A stretch of DNA of 64,000 bases. It comes from an uncultured Bacteroidota bacterium (GTDB lineage: Bacteria > Bacteroidota > Bacteroidia > Flavobacteriales > Flavobacteriaceae). The stretch covers positions 72,574 to 136,573 of the forward strand of contig CACIXU010000003.1 in the NCBI GenBank assembly GCA_902590705.1. Direction: 5' to 3'. The first letter of the stretch is position 1; the number at the start of each line of letters is the position of its first letter. Both the position numbers and the translations under genes were made by a program. The notes below the pieces were generated by a model that did no database searches, was not told where the DNA came from, and was given only the letters and a program-made list of their open reading frames with translations. This document shows, piece by piece, positions 27,824 to 38,557 of the stretch.

Positions 27824-30670
27824 ATGCAACAGGATGAATTTTCTTTACGCCATATAGGTCCAAGTGAGAGTGATATAAAAAAAATGTTATCTAGTTTAGA
27901 TGTTGAGTCCATAGAGGAGCTTTTGACTCAAACAATCCCTCAAGAAATTAGATTAAATTCTCCTCTTTCACTACCGAAGGGGGTTAGTGAAAATAAATTT
28001 CTAAATGAACTAAGTGCCCTATCCGATGAGAATAAACTATTTGAAACCTACATTGGTTTAGGATACCACCCCACAGTTACACCGGCAGTAATCCAAAGAA
28101 ATATTTTAGAAAACCCCGGATGGTATACAGCTTACACACCCTACCAAGCTGAAATTGCTCAAGGGAGATTAGAGGCACTTTTCAACTTTCAAACCATGGT
28201 TTGTGATTTGACTGGAATGGAGTTATCTAATGCATCTCTTCTTGATGAAAGTACTGCAGCAGCAGAGGCTATGTCTATGATTTATGAACTTAGATCGAAA
28301 GATCAGAAAAAAAATAATGCCTCAAAAATATTTTTGTCTGATCAAATTCTGCCGCAAACACTTGCTGTTTTAAAAACCAGAGCAGCTCCTCTTAAAATTG
28401 AATTAGTTGTTGGTAACGAGAGGGATTTTAATTATGATGAAACCTTTTTTGGAGCTCTATTTCAATATCCGGGAAAATTTGGAGAAATAATCGATTTGCC
28501 TTCTGCGATTAATAAAGCTAAAACACTCAGTATTAAAACTATTGTAGCTGCAGATCTATTGAGTTTAACTCTTTTAGAGGCACCTGGTGAATATGGCGTT
28601 GATGTGGTAGTGGGGACCACCCAGCGTTTTGGAATTCCATTGGGTTATGGTGGGCCCCATGCCGCTTATTTTGCAACTAAAATAGATTACAAAAGACATA
28701 TTCCAGGAAGGATTATAGGACAGACCATTGACCAAGATGGGAACCCTGCCCTACGAATGGCTTTACAAACAAGGGAACAACATATCAAACGGGATCGCGC
28801 TACTTCAAATATTTGTACCGCTCAAGTTTTATTGGCGGTAATGGCAGGAATGTATGGCGTTTATCATGGTCCAAAAGGATTAAAAAAAATCGCAAAAAAA
28901 ATTCATTTAAACACAGCTAAGCTTGAAAAGAAACTTACAGATTTAGGACTTACTCAGCTCAACACTTATTATTTTGATACTCTCAGAATTAAAGTTCAAG
29001 CTAAAAAAATTAGAGAAGTAGCTGAAAAAAAAGAAATTAATTTTCTATATATAGATGACCAGACCGTGGGAATAAGTATAAATGAAATATGTGATGAAGT
29101 TGCCCTACTCAAAATTCTAACTGTATTTGAAGAAGTAACGCTCCAAAAAAATATAACTGGAAAAGTCAAAATTGAACATCACCGCTACCCGATTAGTCAG
29201 AAAAGGGTTAGTTCTTTTTTGGAGCACAAGATTTTTAATTCTCATCATTCAGAGACCTCTTTGATGCGATATATAAAATCACTGGAGAGAAAAGATTTGG
29301 CACTAAATCACTCCATGATTTCCTTGGGATCCTGCACTATGAAATTAAATGCAGCAGCGGAAATGCTTCCCTTGAGTTGGCCCAGATGGTCTGCACTTCA
29401 TCCATTTGTCCCAAATAATCAAGCACAAGGCTATCAGAAAATGCTTTTTAGTTTGGAATCTCAACTTAGTGAGATTACTGGGTTTCACGCCACATCACTT
29501 CAACCTAATTCAGGTGCTCAAGGAGAATATTCTGGCCTGATGGTGATTCGAGCATATCATAAAGCAAATGGAGAAGACTTTAGAAACATCTGTTTAATAC
29601 CCTCTTCTGCCCATGGAACAAATCCAGCCTCAGCTGTCATGGCAGGCATGAAAGTTGTCGTAGTCAAAACTGATGAGTCGGGAAATATTGACTGGAATGA
29701 TCTCTCTCAAAAAGCTGATGAAAATAGTGAAAATTTAGCTGCACTGATGATCACTTATCCTTCTACCCATGGGGTTTTTGAAACCAATATCAGACAGATA
29801 ACTGATAAAATTCATGCATGTGGTGGTCAGGTTTATTTGGATGGTGCAAACATGAATGCTCAGGTTGGACTGACAAACCCCAAAATAATTGGTTCCGATG
29901 TATGCCACCTGAACTTACATAAAACTTTTGCCATCCCTCATGGAGGTGGTGGTCCAGGCGTAGGTCCAATTTGTGTAGCTGAACATTTAGCCAGGTTCCT
30001 TCCCTCCCATCCAATAGTTAAAACAGGTGGGGAAGAAAGTATTGATGCACTATCTGCAGCTCCATGGGGATCTGCTTTGGCTTGTTTAATTTCTTATGGA
30101 TATGTCAAAATGCTTGGAGCTAAAGGGTTAAAACGTGCAAGCGAAATCGCCATTTTAAATGCTAATTATATAAAGAAAAGGCTGGAAGGAGCCTTTGATA
30201 TTCTTTATACAGGAGCTAGTGGGAGAGCTGCCCATGAATTGATTATCGATTGTCGACCATTCAAAAATCAAAACATCGAAGTGGTAGATATCGCCAAAAG
30301 ATTAATAGATTATGGGTTTCATGCTCCAACAGTTTCTTTTCCAGTCTCTGGAACTATGATGATTGAGCCCACTGAAAGTGAAAACTTAGAAGAAATTAAC
30401 CGTTTTTGTGATGCAATGATCTCAATAAGAATGGAGATAGATTGTAAGGACGCATCAAGTGAAATGATACTAAAAAATGCCCCTCATACACTTAAGATGG
30501 TTAGTGGAGATGTATGGGAATTTCCATACACAAGACAAAAGGCAGCTTATCCGCTGGCATATGTTTCAGAGAATAAATTCTGGCCTTCCGTAAGAAGAGT
30601 CGATGAAGCATTTGGCGATCGTAATTTAATTTGCAGCTGTGCTTCAATCGATAGTTATGTAAACATTTAA
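27824..30670 (+). CDS. gcvP: Glycine dehydrogenase (decarboxylating), glycine-cleavage P protein
   Basis: 948 aa single-chain P protein with the PLP-lysine region HLNLHKTF. Confidence 0.95.
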   Translation: MQQDEFSLRHIGPSESDIKKMLSSLDVESIEELLTQTIPQEIRLNSPLSLPKGVSENKFLNELSALSDENKLFETYIGLGYHPTVTPAVIQRNILENPGWYTAYTPYQAEIAQGRLEALFNFQTMVCDLTGMELSNASLLDESTAAAEAMSMIYELRSKDQKKNNASKIFLSDQILPQTLAVLKTRAAPLKIELVVGNERDFNYDETFFGALFQYPGKFGEIIDLPSAINKAKTLSIKTIVAADLLSLTLLEAPGEYGVDVVVGTTQRFGIPLGYGGPHAAYFATKIDYKRHIPGRIIGQTIDQDGNPALRMALQTREQHIKRDRATSNICTAQVLLAVMAGMYGVYHGPKGLKKIAKKIHLNTAKLEKKLTDLGLTQLNTYYFDTLRIKVQAKKIREVAEKKEINFLYIDDQTVGISINEICDEVALLKILTVFEEVTLQKNITGKVKIEHHRYPISQKRVSSFLEHKIFNSHHSETSLMRYIKSLERKDLALNHSMISLGSCTMKLNAAAEMLPLSWPRWSALHPFVPNNQAQGYQKMLFSLESQLSEITGFHATSLQPNSGAQGEYSGLMVIRAYHKANGEDFRNICLIPSSAHGTNPASAVMAGMKVVVVKTDESGNIDWNDLSQKADENSENLAALMITYPSTHGVFETNIRQITDKIHACGGQVYLDGANMNAQVGLTNPKIIGSDVCHLNLHKTFAIPHGGGGPGVGPICVAEHLARFLPSHPIVKTGGEESIDALSAAPWGSALACLISYGYVKMLGAKGLKRASEIAILNANYIKKRLEGAFDILYTGASGRAAHELIIDCRPFKNQNIEVVDIAKRLIDYGFHAPTVSFPVSGTMMIEPTESENLEEINRFCDAMISIRMEIDCKDASSEMILKNAPHTLKMVSGDVWEFPYTRQKAAYPLAYVSENKFWPSVRRVDEAFGDRNLICSCASIDSYVNI

Positions 30671-30793
30671 TTAACAGTATTTTATGCTATTATTTAAGTC
30701 TATTTTACTCCCCTCTGGCTAAATTGAATATCGTCAAGTTTTTTTAAAACTCTTTAAATAATTCTCATTTAAGCATTACTATTGTTAACTATT

Positions 30794-31855
30794 ATGAGTT
30801 TTAAAATAACAGGTAGCGGTAGTTATATTCCATCAGTTGTTGAAAATAATGACAAGTTTTTAAATAATTTTTTTTGTGACGAGTCAGGAATTGGATTTGA
30901 TATTGACAACCAAACTATTATTAATAAATTTAATTCAATTACAGGAATTGTTGAGAGAAAATATATTTCCTCAGACTTAACTACTTCGGATATTGCTTTC
31001 CAAGCGGCCAAAAACGCGATAAAAGATGCTGACATTGATCCAGAAACATTAGACTATATTATTGTAGCTCACAATTTTGGAGACATAACTTGCAACAGTA
31101 AGCAAGTTGATACCTTACCCAGTCTAGCCTCTCGAGTCAAGGCAAAATTGAAAATTAAAAATCCTGAATGTGTTGCATATGATATTTTATTTGGCTGCCC
31201 AGGCTGGGTTGAAGGGATGATTCAAGCACAAGCATTTTTGAAGGCTAAAATGGCTAAAAAATGCTTGGTTATTGGAGCAGATGCTCTTTCTCGAGTGATT
31301 GATCCTCATGACCGAGACTCAATGATCTATGCAGATGGAGCTGGAGCGACAATCCTAGAAAAGTCTAATCTAAAGGGTGGAATTTTATCTCATAGTACCT
31401 TGACTTTTACCGCTGAGGATGAAGCAGACTTTATTTTTTATGGTGAATCGTACAATAAGACCAAGGGTAATGGTGATAAATTCATTAAAATGCAGGGGCG
31501 AAAAGTATACGAATTTGCTTTGATAAATGTGCCTGCTGCCATGAAAAAATGCCTTGATCATTCTGGAATTCCAATTGAAAATCTTAAGAAAATCTTCATA
31601 CACCAAGCCAATAAAAAAATGGATGAAGCAATTGTCAAAAGATTCTTTAAACTTTATAAGATTCCAATGCCTAATGATATTCTCCCAATGAATATTGAGG
31701 AATTTGGAAATAGCTCAGTAGCTACGGTGCCTACACTATTTAATTTAGTCCTCAGAAAAAATTATATGGGACACTCAATTTCCAGAGGAGATATCATTTT
31801 ATTTGCCAGTGTTGGAGCAGGCATGAATATTAATGCGATCACTTATCAAGTTTAA
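30794..31855 (+). CDS. 3-oxoacyl-ACP synthase III family protein (FabH-like)
   Basis: The Cys-His-Asn triad context is readable (FGCPGW, IHQANKKM, GNSSVATVP). Start moved to the ATG at 30794. Confidence 0.8.
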   Translation: MSFKITGSGSYIPSVVENNDKFLNNFFCDESGIGFDIDNQTIINKFNSITGIVERKYISSDLTTSDIAFQAAKNAIKDADIDPETLDYIIVAHNFGDITCNSKQVDTLPSLASRVKAKLKIKNPECVAYDILFGCPGWVEGMIQAQAFLKAKMAKKCLVIGADALSRVIDPHDRDSMIYADGAGATILEKSNLKGGILSHSTLTFTAEDEADFIFYGESYNKTKGNGDKFIKMQGRKVYEFALINVPAAMKKCLDHSGIPIENLKKIFIHQANKKMDEAIVKRFFKLYKIPMPNDILPMNIEEFGNSSVATVPTLFNLVLRKNYMGHSISRGDIILFASVGAGMNINAITYQV

Positions 31856-31914
31856 ATGCCGCTTGATAAAGAAACTCACCTCTAATAACTGTTAATTACT
31901 TAAATTTGTAATGT

Positions 31915-32655
31915 ATGAGAGTACTTCGCAATATCGGAACCTACTCTATTATGATAGGGAAGGTGTTTGGGAGATTCACTAGATGGAGTGTAATGAAAGG
32001 TCTTATCATTAAGGAAATCGACTCATTGATTATAGGATCAATCGGAATCGTGTCATTTATATCATTTTTTGTTGGCGGGGTAGTCGCTATACAAACAGCG
32101 TTAAACTTAAACAACCCGCTTTTGCCTAAAAACCTCATTGGATTTGCTACTAGACAATCTGTTATTTTAGAATTTGCTCCCACATTTATCTCAGTGATTA
32201 TTGCGGGTAAAGTAGGCTCATTTATTACATCTAGCCTGGGTACAATGCGTGTTACAGAGCAAATTGATGCTTTAAAAGTAATGGGGATTAATACTTATAA
32301 TTATCTAATTTTCCCAAAGATAGTTGCTTTACTTCTTTATCCCTTTATCATTACCATTTCAATGTTCTTGGGAATTTTTGGAGGCTACGTTGCTTCGATT
32401 TATGGGGGCTTTTGCTCTAGTGCTGATTTTATTGAAGGTATACAATTAGATTTCATACCTTTTCACGTAAGCTATGCTTTCGTTAAAACTGCTTTTTTTG
32501 CTTTTATTTTAGCTACTATTCCTTCCTATCATGGGTATTTCCTCAAGGGCGGTGCTCTTGAGGTTGGTAAAGCAAGTACAACATCTTTTGTGTGGACCAG
32601 TGTATTGATTATTGTAACCAATTACGTTATAACTCAATTGTTACTCACATCATGA
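31915..32655 (+). CDS. ABC transporter permease, MlaE family
   Basis: Multi-TM protein with the MRVTEQIDAL signature typical of MlaE/Ttg2B permeases. It is followed by its ATPase through an ATGA overlap. Confidence 0.8.
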   Translation: MRVLRNIGTYSIMIGKVFGRFTRWSVMKGLIIKEIDSLIIGSIGIVSFISFFVGGVVAIQTALNLNNPLLPKNLIGFATRQSVILEFAPTFISVIIAGKVGSFITSSLGTMRVTEQIDALKVMGINTYNYLIFPKIVALLLYPFIITISMFLGIFGGYVASIYGGFCSSADFIEGIQLDFIPFHVSYAFVKTAFFAFILATIPSYHGYFLKGGALEVGKASTTSFVWTSVLIIVTNYVITQLLLTS

Positions 32656-33422
32656 TTACTATAAAAAATTTAAACAAAACCTTTGCTGGGGTGGTAGTTC
32701 TAAATGATATTTCCACTGAATTTGAAAATGGTAAAACCAATTTGATAATTGGTCAAAGTGGGTCTGGTAAAACAGTATTATTAAAATGCATATTGGGACT
32801 ATTTGGTATTGACAGCGGCGAAATTTTTTTTGACAATAGGTCATTCCAAGAGATGAATATTAAACAAAGAAGTATTATTAGACAGGAAATTGGAATGGTT
32901 TTTCAGGGAAGTGCACTTTTTGACTCTATGACAGTAGAAGAAAATATAATATTTCCCATGCAAATGCTTACCAAAAAGAGCTTTGAGGAAATGCAAGTTA
33001 GGGCCAATCAAGTAATTGAACGTGTTAATCTTGTTAATGCAAATAAAAAACTACCCTCTGAAATTTCAGGTGGTATGCAAAAAAGGGTGGCTATAGCCCG
33101 TGCAATAGTAATGAATCCTAAATACCTTTTTTGTGATGAACCAAATTCTGGTTTAGACCCAAAGACCTCAACTATTATTGACAATCTAATTAAGGAAATT
33201 ACTGAGGAATATAAAATCACAACAATAATTAATACTCATGACATGAATTCCGTTATGGAAATTGGTGAAAAGGTTTTATTCTTAGAAAATGGAAATAAGG
33301 GTTGGGAAGGTTCTAATAAAGAGGTTTTTAATACAGATAACAAAATAGTTAGTAACTTTATATATTCATCTAATCTGTTCAAAAAGGTCCGAAAAGTTTA
33401 CCGAAACGAAAAAAATAATTAA
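32652..33422 (+). CDS. ABC transporter ATP-binding protein, MlaF-like
   Basis: Walker A GQSGSGKT, signature SGGMQKR, Walker B LFCDEP. Start at the ATG at 32652. Confidence 0.85.
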   Translation: MITIKNLNKTFAGVVVLNDISTEFENGKTNLIIGQSGSGKTVLLKCILGLFGIDSGEIFFDNRSFQEMNIKQRSIIRQEIGMVFQGSALFDSMTVEENIIFPMQMLTKKSFEEMQVRANQVIERVNLVNANKKLPSEISGGMQKRVAIARAIVMNPKYLFCDEPNSGLDPKTSTIIDNLIKEITEEYKITTIINTHDMNSVMEIGEKVLFLENGNKGWEGSNKEVFNTDNKIVSNFIYSSNLFKKVRKVYRNEKNN

Positions 33423-34486
33423 TCTTCTAGTTTATTTAGAACTTTCTCTGAAAGACTTTTCACTTCTTGATCTTTATTAATTGGACAGATCATTAATACA
33501 TCCTCACTATCAACGATTATAAAATCACTTAAACCTGAGATAACGATTTTCTTGCTAGGGTTTGATTTGATAAGATTATTAAATGATTGGGTTAAATAAA
33601 CATTTGAGTTAATAACAACATTGTTGGCTGAGTCTTTTGTATTTAAATCATATATCGATTTCCAACTTCCTAAATCATCCCAGTCAAAACTGGCAGGAAT
33701 CAAGTTAATTAGATTAGACTTTTCCAATAAGGCATAATCAATAGAAATATTTTCTGCTAAGGGATAGTTTTCGGAAATAAACTTCTTTTCATCAGGGGTG
33801 TTTAATTTGCTTAATCCTGCGTTAAATAAGTCAAAAAGCTTGGGTACATATTCTTTAAATCCATTTATCACTGCATTGACCGACCACACAAATATTCCAG
33901 AATTCCAGTAATAATTACCTGAATCAATAAGAGACTTTGCCTTATTCTCGTCAGGCTTTTCTGTGAACTCTAAAACAGTTTTCAATCTATTCTCATCTGC
34001 TTTTACAGAAATATATCCGAAGCCAGTAGCAGGAAAAGTGGGAACAATCCCAAAGGTGATTAAATTTTCGTTTCCTGCCGATGCTAACGCAAACTCCATA
34101 TCACTTTTAAAAATCACTTCATTTTGAATACTGTGATCACTAGGGGAAACAATTACTATGGCGTCTGGATTATGTTTTTTAATTTTGAGACTAGCAAGAA
34201 GAATGCATGGGGCCGTATTTCTTCGATCAGGTTCAGAAATTATTTGATCCTCATTCAGTTTACCTCCCAATTGATTCAAAATTATTTTTTGATATCGGAG
34301 CTGAGTTACTATATAAATATTTTCTTTGGGAACAATTTTTTCTAAACGGCTGAATGTAGTTTGAAGCAATGAACTGCCATTGCCTATCATATCAATAAAC
34401 TGCTTCGGATAATCTGGGGTACTTGAGGGCCAAAAGCGAGCTCCAATTCCACCAGCCATTACAATTGCAAAGTGATTATTCTCCAT
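33419..34486 (-). CDS. Mannose-1-phosphate guanylyltransferase
   Basis: N-terminal MAGGIGARFWP nucleotidyltransferase motif; 355 aa. Confidence 0.8.
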   Translation of the reverse strand: MENNHFAIVMAGGIGARFWPSSTPDYPKQFIDMIGNGSSLLQTTFSRLEKIVPKENIYIVTQLRYQKIILNQLGGKLNEDQIISEPDRRNTAPCILLASLKIKKHNPDAIVIVSPSDHSIQNEVIFKSDMEFALASAGNENLITFGIVPTFPATGFGYISVKADENRLKTVLEFTEKPDENKAKSLIDSGNYYWNSGIFVWSVNAVINGFKEYVPKLFDLFNAGLSKLNTPDEKKFISENYPLAENISIDYALLEKSNLINLIPASFDWDDLGSWKSIYDLNTKDSANNVVINSNVYLTQSFNNLIKSNPSKKIVISGLSDFIIVDSEDVLMICPINKDQEVKSLSEKVLNKLED

Positions 34487-35102
34487 TTCTTTGAATCCTT
34501 TTTACCTGAGCATGGGGGCTAAAAAAGTATTTTTTTCTCGTCGATAATTCATAACATTCATACCTTTTTTTTCTTTTTGAACCCAAGACAAATTTTCTTC
34601 CATTATCAGTTTCAAAAATTGTTCCAGAATCCAATTCAAAAATATAGTTTTTTTCGTTTTCAGGGTCAAATTTATTAAGCTCAATGACAAGGTTAAAATC
34701 AACATCGGTGGAAGCTCTTGGATTCTTAAAATGAAAAGCCAGTAAATTAAGTAGATCCTTTGGGAAAATTTCAGAGTTTAAAAAAGGGATCATTAATTTC
34801 TGATAGCAACTTTTCCACTCCTTGCCATGAGGCTTTATAGAATACCCGAAATCTTTGAAGGCCACTAGATGTGCAATTTCGTGAATTAGTGTAATAAGAA
34901 AGCGATAGGGATTTGAAGAGTTGTTTACTGAAATACGATGAACTCCCTGTGAAAGTATTTTAAAATCTCCGTGTTTAGTATTACGTCTTGGTACTGTAAC
35001 CACGTTAACTTTCCAATAATTAAAGTATTTCGAAAGAATTGGTATTGCAGCAGCTGGTACATAATTTCGGACAACATTGATCTGATCTCCCACTTTATTC
35101 AT
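34476..35102 (-). CDS. SprT-like zinc-metalloprotease-domain protein
   Basis: HEIAHL (HExxH) motif in a 208-aa protein. The gene overlaps both neighbours. Confidence 0.6.
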   Translation of the reverse strand: MNKVGDQINVVRNYVPAAAIPILSKYFNYWKVNVVTVPRRNTKHGDFKILSQGVHRISVNNSSNPYRFLITLIHEIAHLVAFKDFGYSIKPHGKEWKSCYQKLMIPFLNSEIFPKDLLNLLAFHFKNPRASTDVDFNLVIELNKFDPENEKNYIFELDSGTIFETDNGRKFVLGSKRKKRYECYELSTRKKYFFSPHAQVKRIQRNGE

Positions 35103-35773
35103 GGCGTGCTAGAGGAAATAGGTAGTACTTTTCCATTGTAGAGCTGTTGACCATTAAGAGCAAATTCAAGAATGTAAGACGCAATTTCTTTTGCAGAAAT
35201 AGGAGCTTTGTAACCTGGAAAAGCTTCCTCTAACATTTCGGTTTGGACAGCTCCCAATGCCAAAGCATTAAAAGCGGGACCACTTTCTTTAAATTCCTCC
35301 GCCAACAATTCAGTTAGAATTATTAGTCCTGCTTTACTACTTGAATAGGCAGACAAACCCGGAAACTTAGTAGTTCCTTGTACCCCTCCCATACTACTAA
35401 TATTTACCACATGCCCTTTTGGAGTCATCATAGGAAAAATTAGACGAATTAATGACGCTACTGCAAAAATATTTACCTGAAAAACTTTTATAAATTCCTC
35501 ACACGAAGTCTCAAGAAATGGTTTATTAATTAAGCTACCTGCACTGTTAATTAATGCATCAATTTTAGAAAATGATTTACTAATTGTTTTAATAAAATCC
35601 TGAATGGCATTTTCATAACTGAGGTCAACTGCAAAAGGATAAATATTTTCAATACCCAATAAGGGCTTGATATTTCTAGACAAGGCAATTACTTGATAGC
35701 CCTTGCTGGCAGCTTGTGTACAGATTTCAAACCCTATTCCCCTACTGGCACCGGTAACAATAAGGGTTTTCAT
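35099..35773 (-). CDS. Short-chain dehydrogenase/reductase (SDR)
   Basis: TGASRGIG cofactor motif and the YSSSK catalytic motif. Confidence 0.85.
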   Translation of the reverse strand: MKTLIVTGASRGIGFEICTQAASKGYQVIALSRNIKPLLGIENIYPFAVDLSYENAIQDFIKTISKSFSKIDALINSAGSLINKPFLETSCEEFIKVFQVNIFAVASLIRLIFPMMTPKGHVVNISSMGGVQGTTKFPGLSAYSSSKAGLIILTELLAEEFKESGPAFNALALGAVQTEMLEEAFPGYKAPISAKEIASYILEFALNGQQLYNGKVLPISSSTP

Positions 35774-35802
35774 TTTGTCTTTTTTTAAATCAATGGAATG
35801 AT

Positions 35803-37425
35803 TTATTGGTTTTTTTTAACCAATAATCTAATTGGATTTTCGATATACAACTTAAGGGTTTGTAAAAATTGTGCTCCTGTTGCACCGTCAACTGTCCTGT
35901 GATCACAGGCCAAAGTCAGTTTCATAGTATTTCCAACAACGACATTATTTTCTTTTACAACAGGCTTTTTCTCAATTGCCCCAACAGAAAGAATTGCTGA
36001 GTTTGGTTGATTAATTATGGAAGTAAATTCCTGAATCCCAAACATCCCTAAATTAGAAACGGTAAAAGTACTTCCTTCAATTTCTGAGGGGGTTAATTTT
36101 TTATCCTTAGCCCTTTGCGCAAAATCTTTGACTAGAGTCCCAATTTGTCTTAAATCCAACTCATCAGTAAACTTTACAACCGGGACGATCAATCCATCCT
36201 GAACGGCAACAGCTACTCCCAAGTGAACATGATGATTTTGAACTATTTTTTCATCAAACCATTGAGAATTTACTTCTGGGTGTTCTTTTAGTGAGAGAGC
36301 AACAGCTTTTAAAATAATGTCATTAAATGAAATCTTGGTCTCAGGGAGGGTATTAAATTGCGTTCTGAAAGCGATTGCATTGTCCATATCTAATTCCACA
36401 CCCAAATAGTAATGTGGAGCAGAAAATTTGGATTCGGAAAGGCGTTTTGCAATTGCCTTTCTCATGTTATTGTTAGTAGTTTCAGTGACACTTTCTAAAC
36501 CACTTGATATAGGCACTGAAACAGAGCCAAATCCACCTTTAAAATTCTCAATATCTCGCTTAATAATCCTACCGCCTTCTCCAGTTCCTTTAACCATTCC
36601 TAGGTCAACACCTTTTTCCTCAGCCAATTTTTTAGCTAAAGGAGAGGCAATTAATCTTCCGTTTAAACTCTGAGGAATAACCGGTTTTTGGGGCCGGGCA
36701 GTCATTGGTTTTACAGTTACGTTCTTTTTATCATCTTCAACTAGAGGAGGATTATCAACAACTGGAGTAGCAGTTTTAACCTCTATGGCTAAATTTGCAC
36801 TCAATGCAGCTTTGACAAGCTCAGGATCGGTACCCTCGTTACCTATTGCCGCCAAAACTGAATCTACAGGGGCAGAAGCTCCCTCATCCAAACCTATGTG
36901 AAGTAGTACACCCGAATAAAAGGATTCAAACTCCATAGTTGCCTTATCAGTCTCAATTTCGGCCAAGATGTCACCCTCAGAAACCTTATCTCCTACTTTT
37001 TTATTCCATTTGGCAACGGTTCCTTCCTCCATAGTGTCACTCAATCGTGGCATTGTAACCACCTCCACACCATCTGGCATTTGTGCTTTTTCATTAGTAT
37101 TAACTTCGGATTCATCTGGTTTCAGCTTTTCTTCTTCCTTAGGTGCGTCAGTGGATGTACCACCAAGGATGCCAGAAATATCCTCTCCTTTTTCTCCAAT
37201 TACAGCTAGTAGCGAATCTACCGGAGCCGTTCCACCTTCTTGAATACCAATGTGCAATAGTACTCCTTCCTGAAAGGACTCAAATTCCATGGTGGCCTTA
37301 TCAGTCTCTATTTCAGCAAGGATATCTCCTTCTTTGACAAAATCTCCCACTTTAATAAACCATTTAGCTACAGTACCCTCTTCCATTGTATCACTCAAGC
37401 GTGGCATATTTACTAATTCAGCCAT
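35803..37425 (-). CDS. pdhC: Dihydrolipoamide acetyltransferase (pyruvate dehydrogenase E2) with two lipoyl domains
   Basis: Two ETDKA lipoyl-lysine motifs (aa 7-78 and 125-196), a peripheral-subunit-binding domain (ASPLAKKLA), and the catalytic DHRTVDG motif. Confidence 0.9.
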   Translation of the reverse strand: MAELVNMPRLSDTMEEGTVAKWFIKVGDFVKEGDILAEIETDKATMEFESFQEGVLLHIGIQEGGTAPVDSLLAVIGEKGEDISGILGGTSTDAPKEEEKLKPDESEVNTNEKAQMPDGVEVVTMPRLSDTMEEGTVAKWNKKVGDKVSEGDILAEIETDKATMEFESFYSGVLLHIGLDEGASAPVDSVLAAIGNEGTDPELVKAALSANLAIEVKTATPVVDNPPLVEDDKKNVTVKPMTARPQKPVIPQSLNGRLIASPLAKKLAEEKGVDLGMVKGTGEGGRIIKRDIENFKGGFGSVSVPISSGLESVTETTNNNMRKAIAKRLSESKFSAPHYYLGVELDMDNAIAFRTQFNTLPETKISFNDIILKAVALSLKEHPEVNSQWFDEKIVQNHHVHLGVAVAVQDGLIVPVVKFTDELDLRQIGTLVKDFAQRAKDKKLTPSEIEGSTFTVSNLGMFGIQEFTSIINQPNSAILSVGAIEKKPVVKENNVVVGNTMKLTLACDHRTVDGATGAQFLQTLKLYIENPIRLLVKKNQ

Positions 37426-37426
37426 A

Positions 37427-38428
37427 CTATTCTAATTTGTGTTTAATAAAAGGGTAATCTTCCTGTTCGTATACAGCATCATACATTACCAATTTTTCGG
37501 GGAATGGAGATTCCTCCGCAAATTTTTGACATTCCAAAACAGCTGCTTTGACATTGGCATCAATTTCATCCAACTGTTTTTGTGTAGAATATTTGTTTTT
37601 AAGAATTACTTCTTTGACTTGGGTAATGGGGTCAATTTTTCTGTATTCCTCAACTTCTTCCTTAGTTCTGTATTTTTGTGCGTCAGACATTGAGTGTCCT
37701 CTGTAGCGGTATGTTTTCATTTCAAGAAAAGATGGTCCTTTTCCAGTTCGTGCTAGTTTTATTGCTTTGTCAAGAGCCTCAGCTACCGCGACAGGATCCA
37801 TCCCATCTACTGGACCACAGGGCATCTCATAACCTAAACCTAATTTCCAAATTTCCTGATGGCTTGCAGTTCGGGCAACTGAGGTTCCCATTGCATAACC
37901 ATTGTTTTCAACAACAAACACAACAGGTAATTGCCACAGTGTTGCCAGATTAAGGGTTTCATGAAGCGACCCCTGTCTAACTGCGCCATCTCCCATAAAA
38001 CAGAGCGTTACATTATCTCGGTTAAAATACTTGTCACCAAAAGCCATCCCCGCACCTAATGGTATTTGTCCTCCGACGATTCCATGCCCACCGTGGAATC
38101 TTTTCTCCTTGGAAAAAATGTGCATTGATCCACCCAACCCCATTGAAGTTCCAGTTGATTTACCAAAAAGCTCTGCCATTACCCGTTTGGGATCAACACC
38201 CATACCAATGGGCTGAACGTGATTTCTGTATGCAGTAATCATCCTATCTTTATCGGGATTCATTGCGTGTAATGCACCAGCAAGAACAGCCTCTTGTCCA
38301 TTATAAAGATGTAAAAAACCCCTTACTTTTTGTTGGATATAAACGGCAGCCAATTTGTCTTCGAATTTCCTCCAAAATAGCATGTCTTCATACCATTTTA
38401 GATAGACAGATTTATTTACTTTCTTCAT
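37427..38428 (-). CDS. pdhA: Pyruvate dehydrogenase E1 alpha subunit
   Basis: TPP-binding motif GDGAVRQG...ENNGYAMGT; 333 aa, immediately upstream of E2. No E1 beta gene is in the window. Confidence 0.9.
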   Translation of the reverse strand: MKKVNKSVYLKWYEDMLFWRKFEDKLAAVYIQQKVRGFLHLYNGQEAVLAGALHAMNPDKDRMITAYRNHVQPIGMGVDPKRVMAELFGKSTGTSMGLGGSMHIFSKEKRFHGGHGIVGGQIPLGAGMAFGDKYFNRDNVTLCFMGDGAVRQGSLHETLNLATLWQLPVVFVVENNGYAMGTSVARTASHQEIWKLGLGYEMPCGPVDGMDPVAVAEALDKAIKLARTGKGPSFLEMKTYRYRGHSMSDAQKYRTKEEVEEYRKIDPITQVKEVILKNKYSTQKQLDEIDANVKAAVLECQKFAEESPFPEKLVMYDAVYEQEDYPFIKHKLE

Positions 38429-38452
38429 TAAACGAACCTCACAAATAAGTTA

Positions 38453-38498
38453 AAATTTTTATCAAAATTACTGAATTCAATCCTTTTGATAAAAATTT
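38453..38498. repeat. 15-bp perfect inverted repeat (AAATTTTTATCAAAA / TTTTGATAAAAATTT) with a 16-nt spacer containing GAATTC
   Basis: Read directly from the sequence. It lies between the porV stop (38558) and the pdhA start (38428). Confidence 0.8.
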
Positions 38499-38557
38499 AT
38501 CTGCTAAATAATCATTAAGTTAATTTAAATAAAAGTCTTCAAAGGAAATTTTCTATT

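Noticed and set aside
36428-37337. Three plus-strand ORFs (36428..36673, 36968..37243, 37143..37337) and others antisense to E2 and pdhA
   Set aside because: They lie entirely inside the strongly supported pyruvate dehydrogenase genes on the opposite strand. Their Ser/Pro-rich translations mirror the Glu/Gly-rich lipoyl and linker regions.
36838-37407. Internal duplication in the E2 gene (aa 7-78 and 125-196, about 80 percent identical at the protein level)
   Set aside because: This is the normal tandem lipoyl-domain architecture of PDH E2 proteins. The DNA copies have diverged at synonymous sites, so it is not a recent repeat or an assembly artefact.
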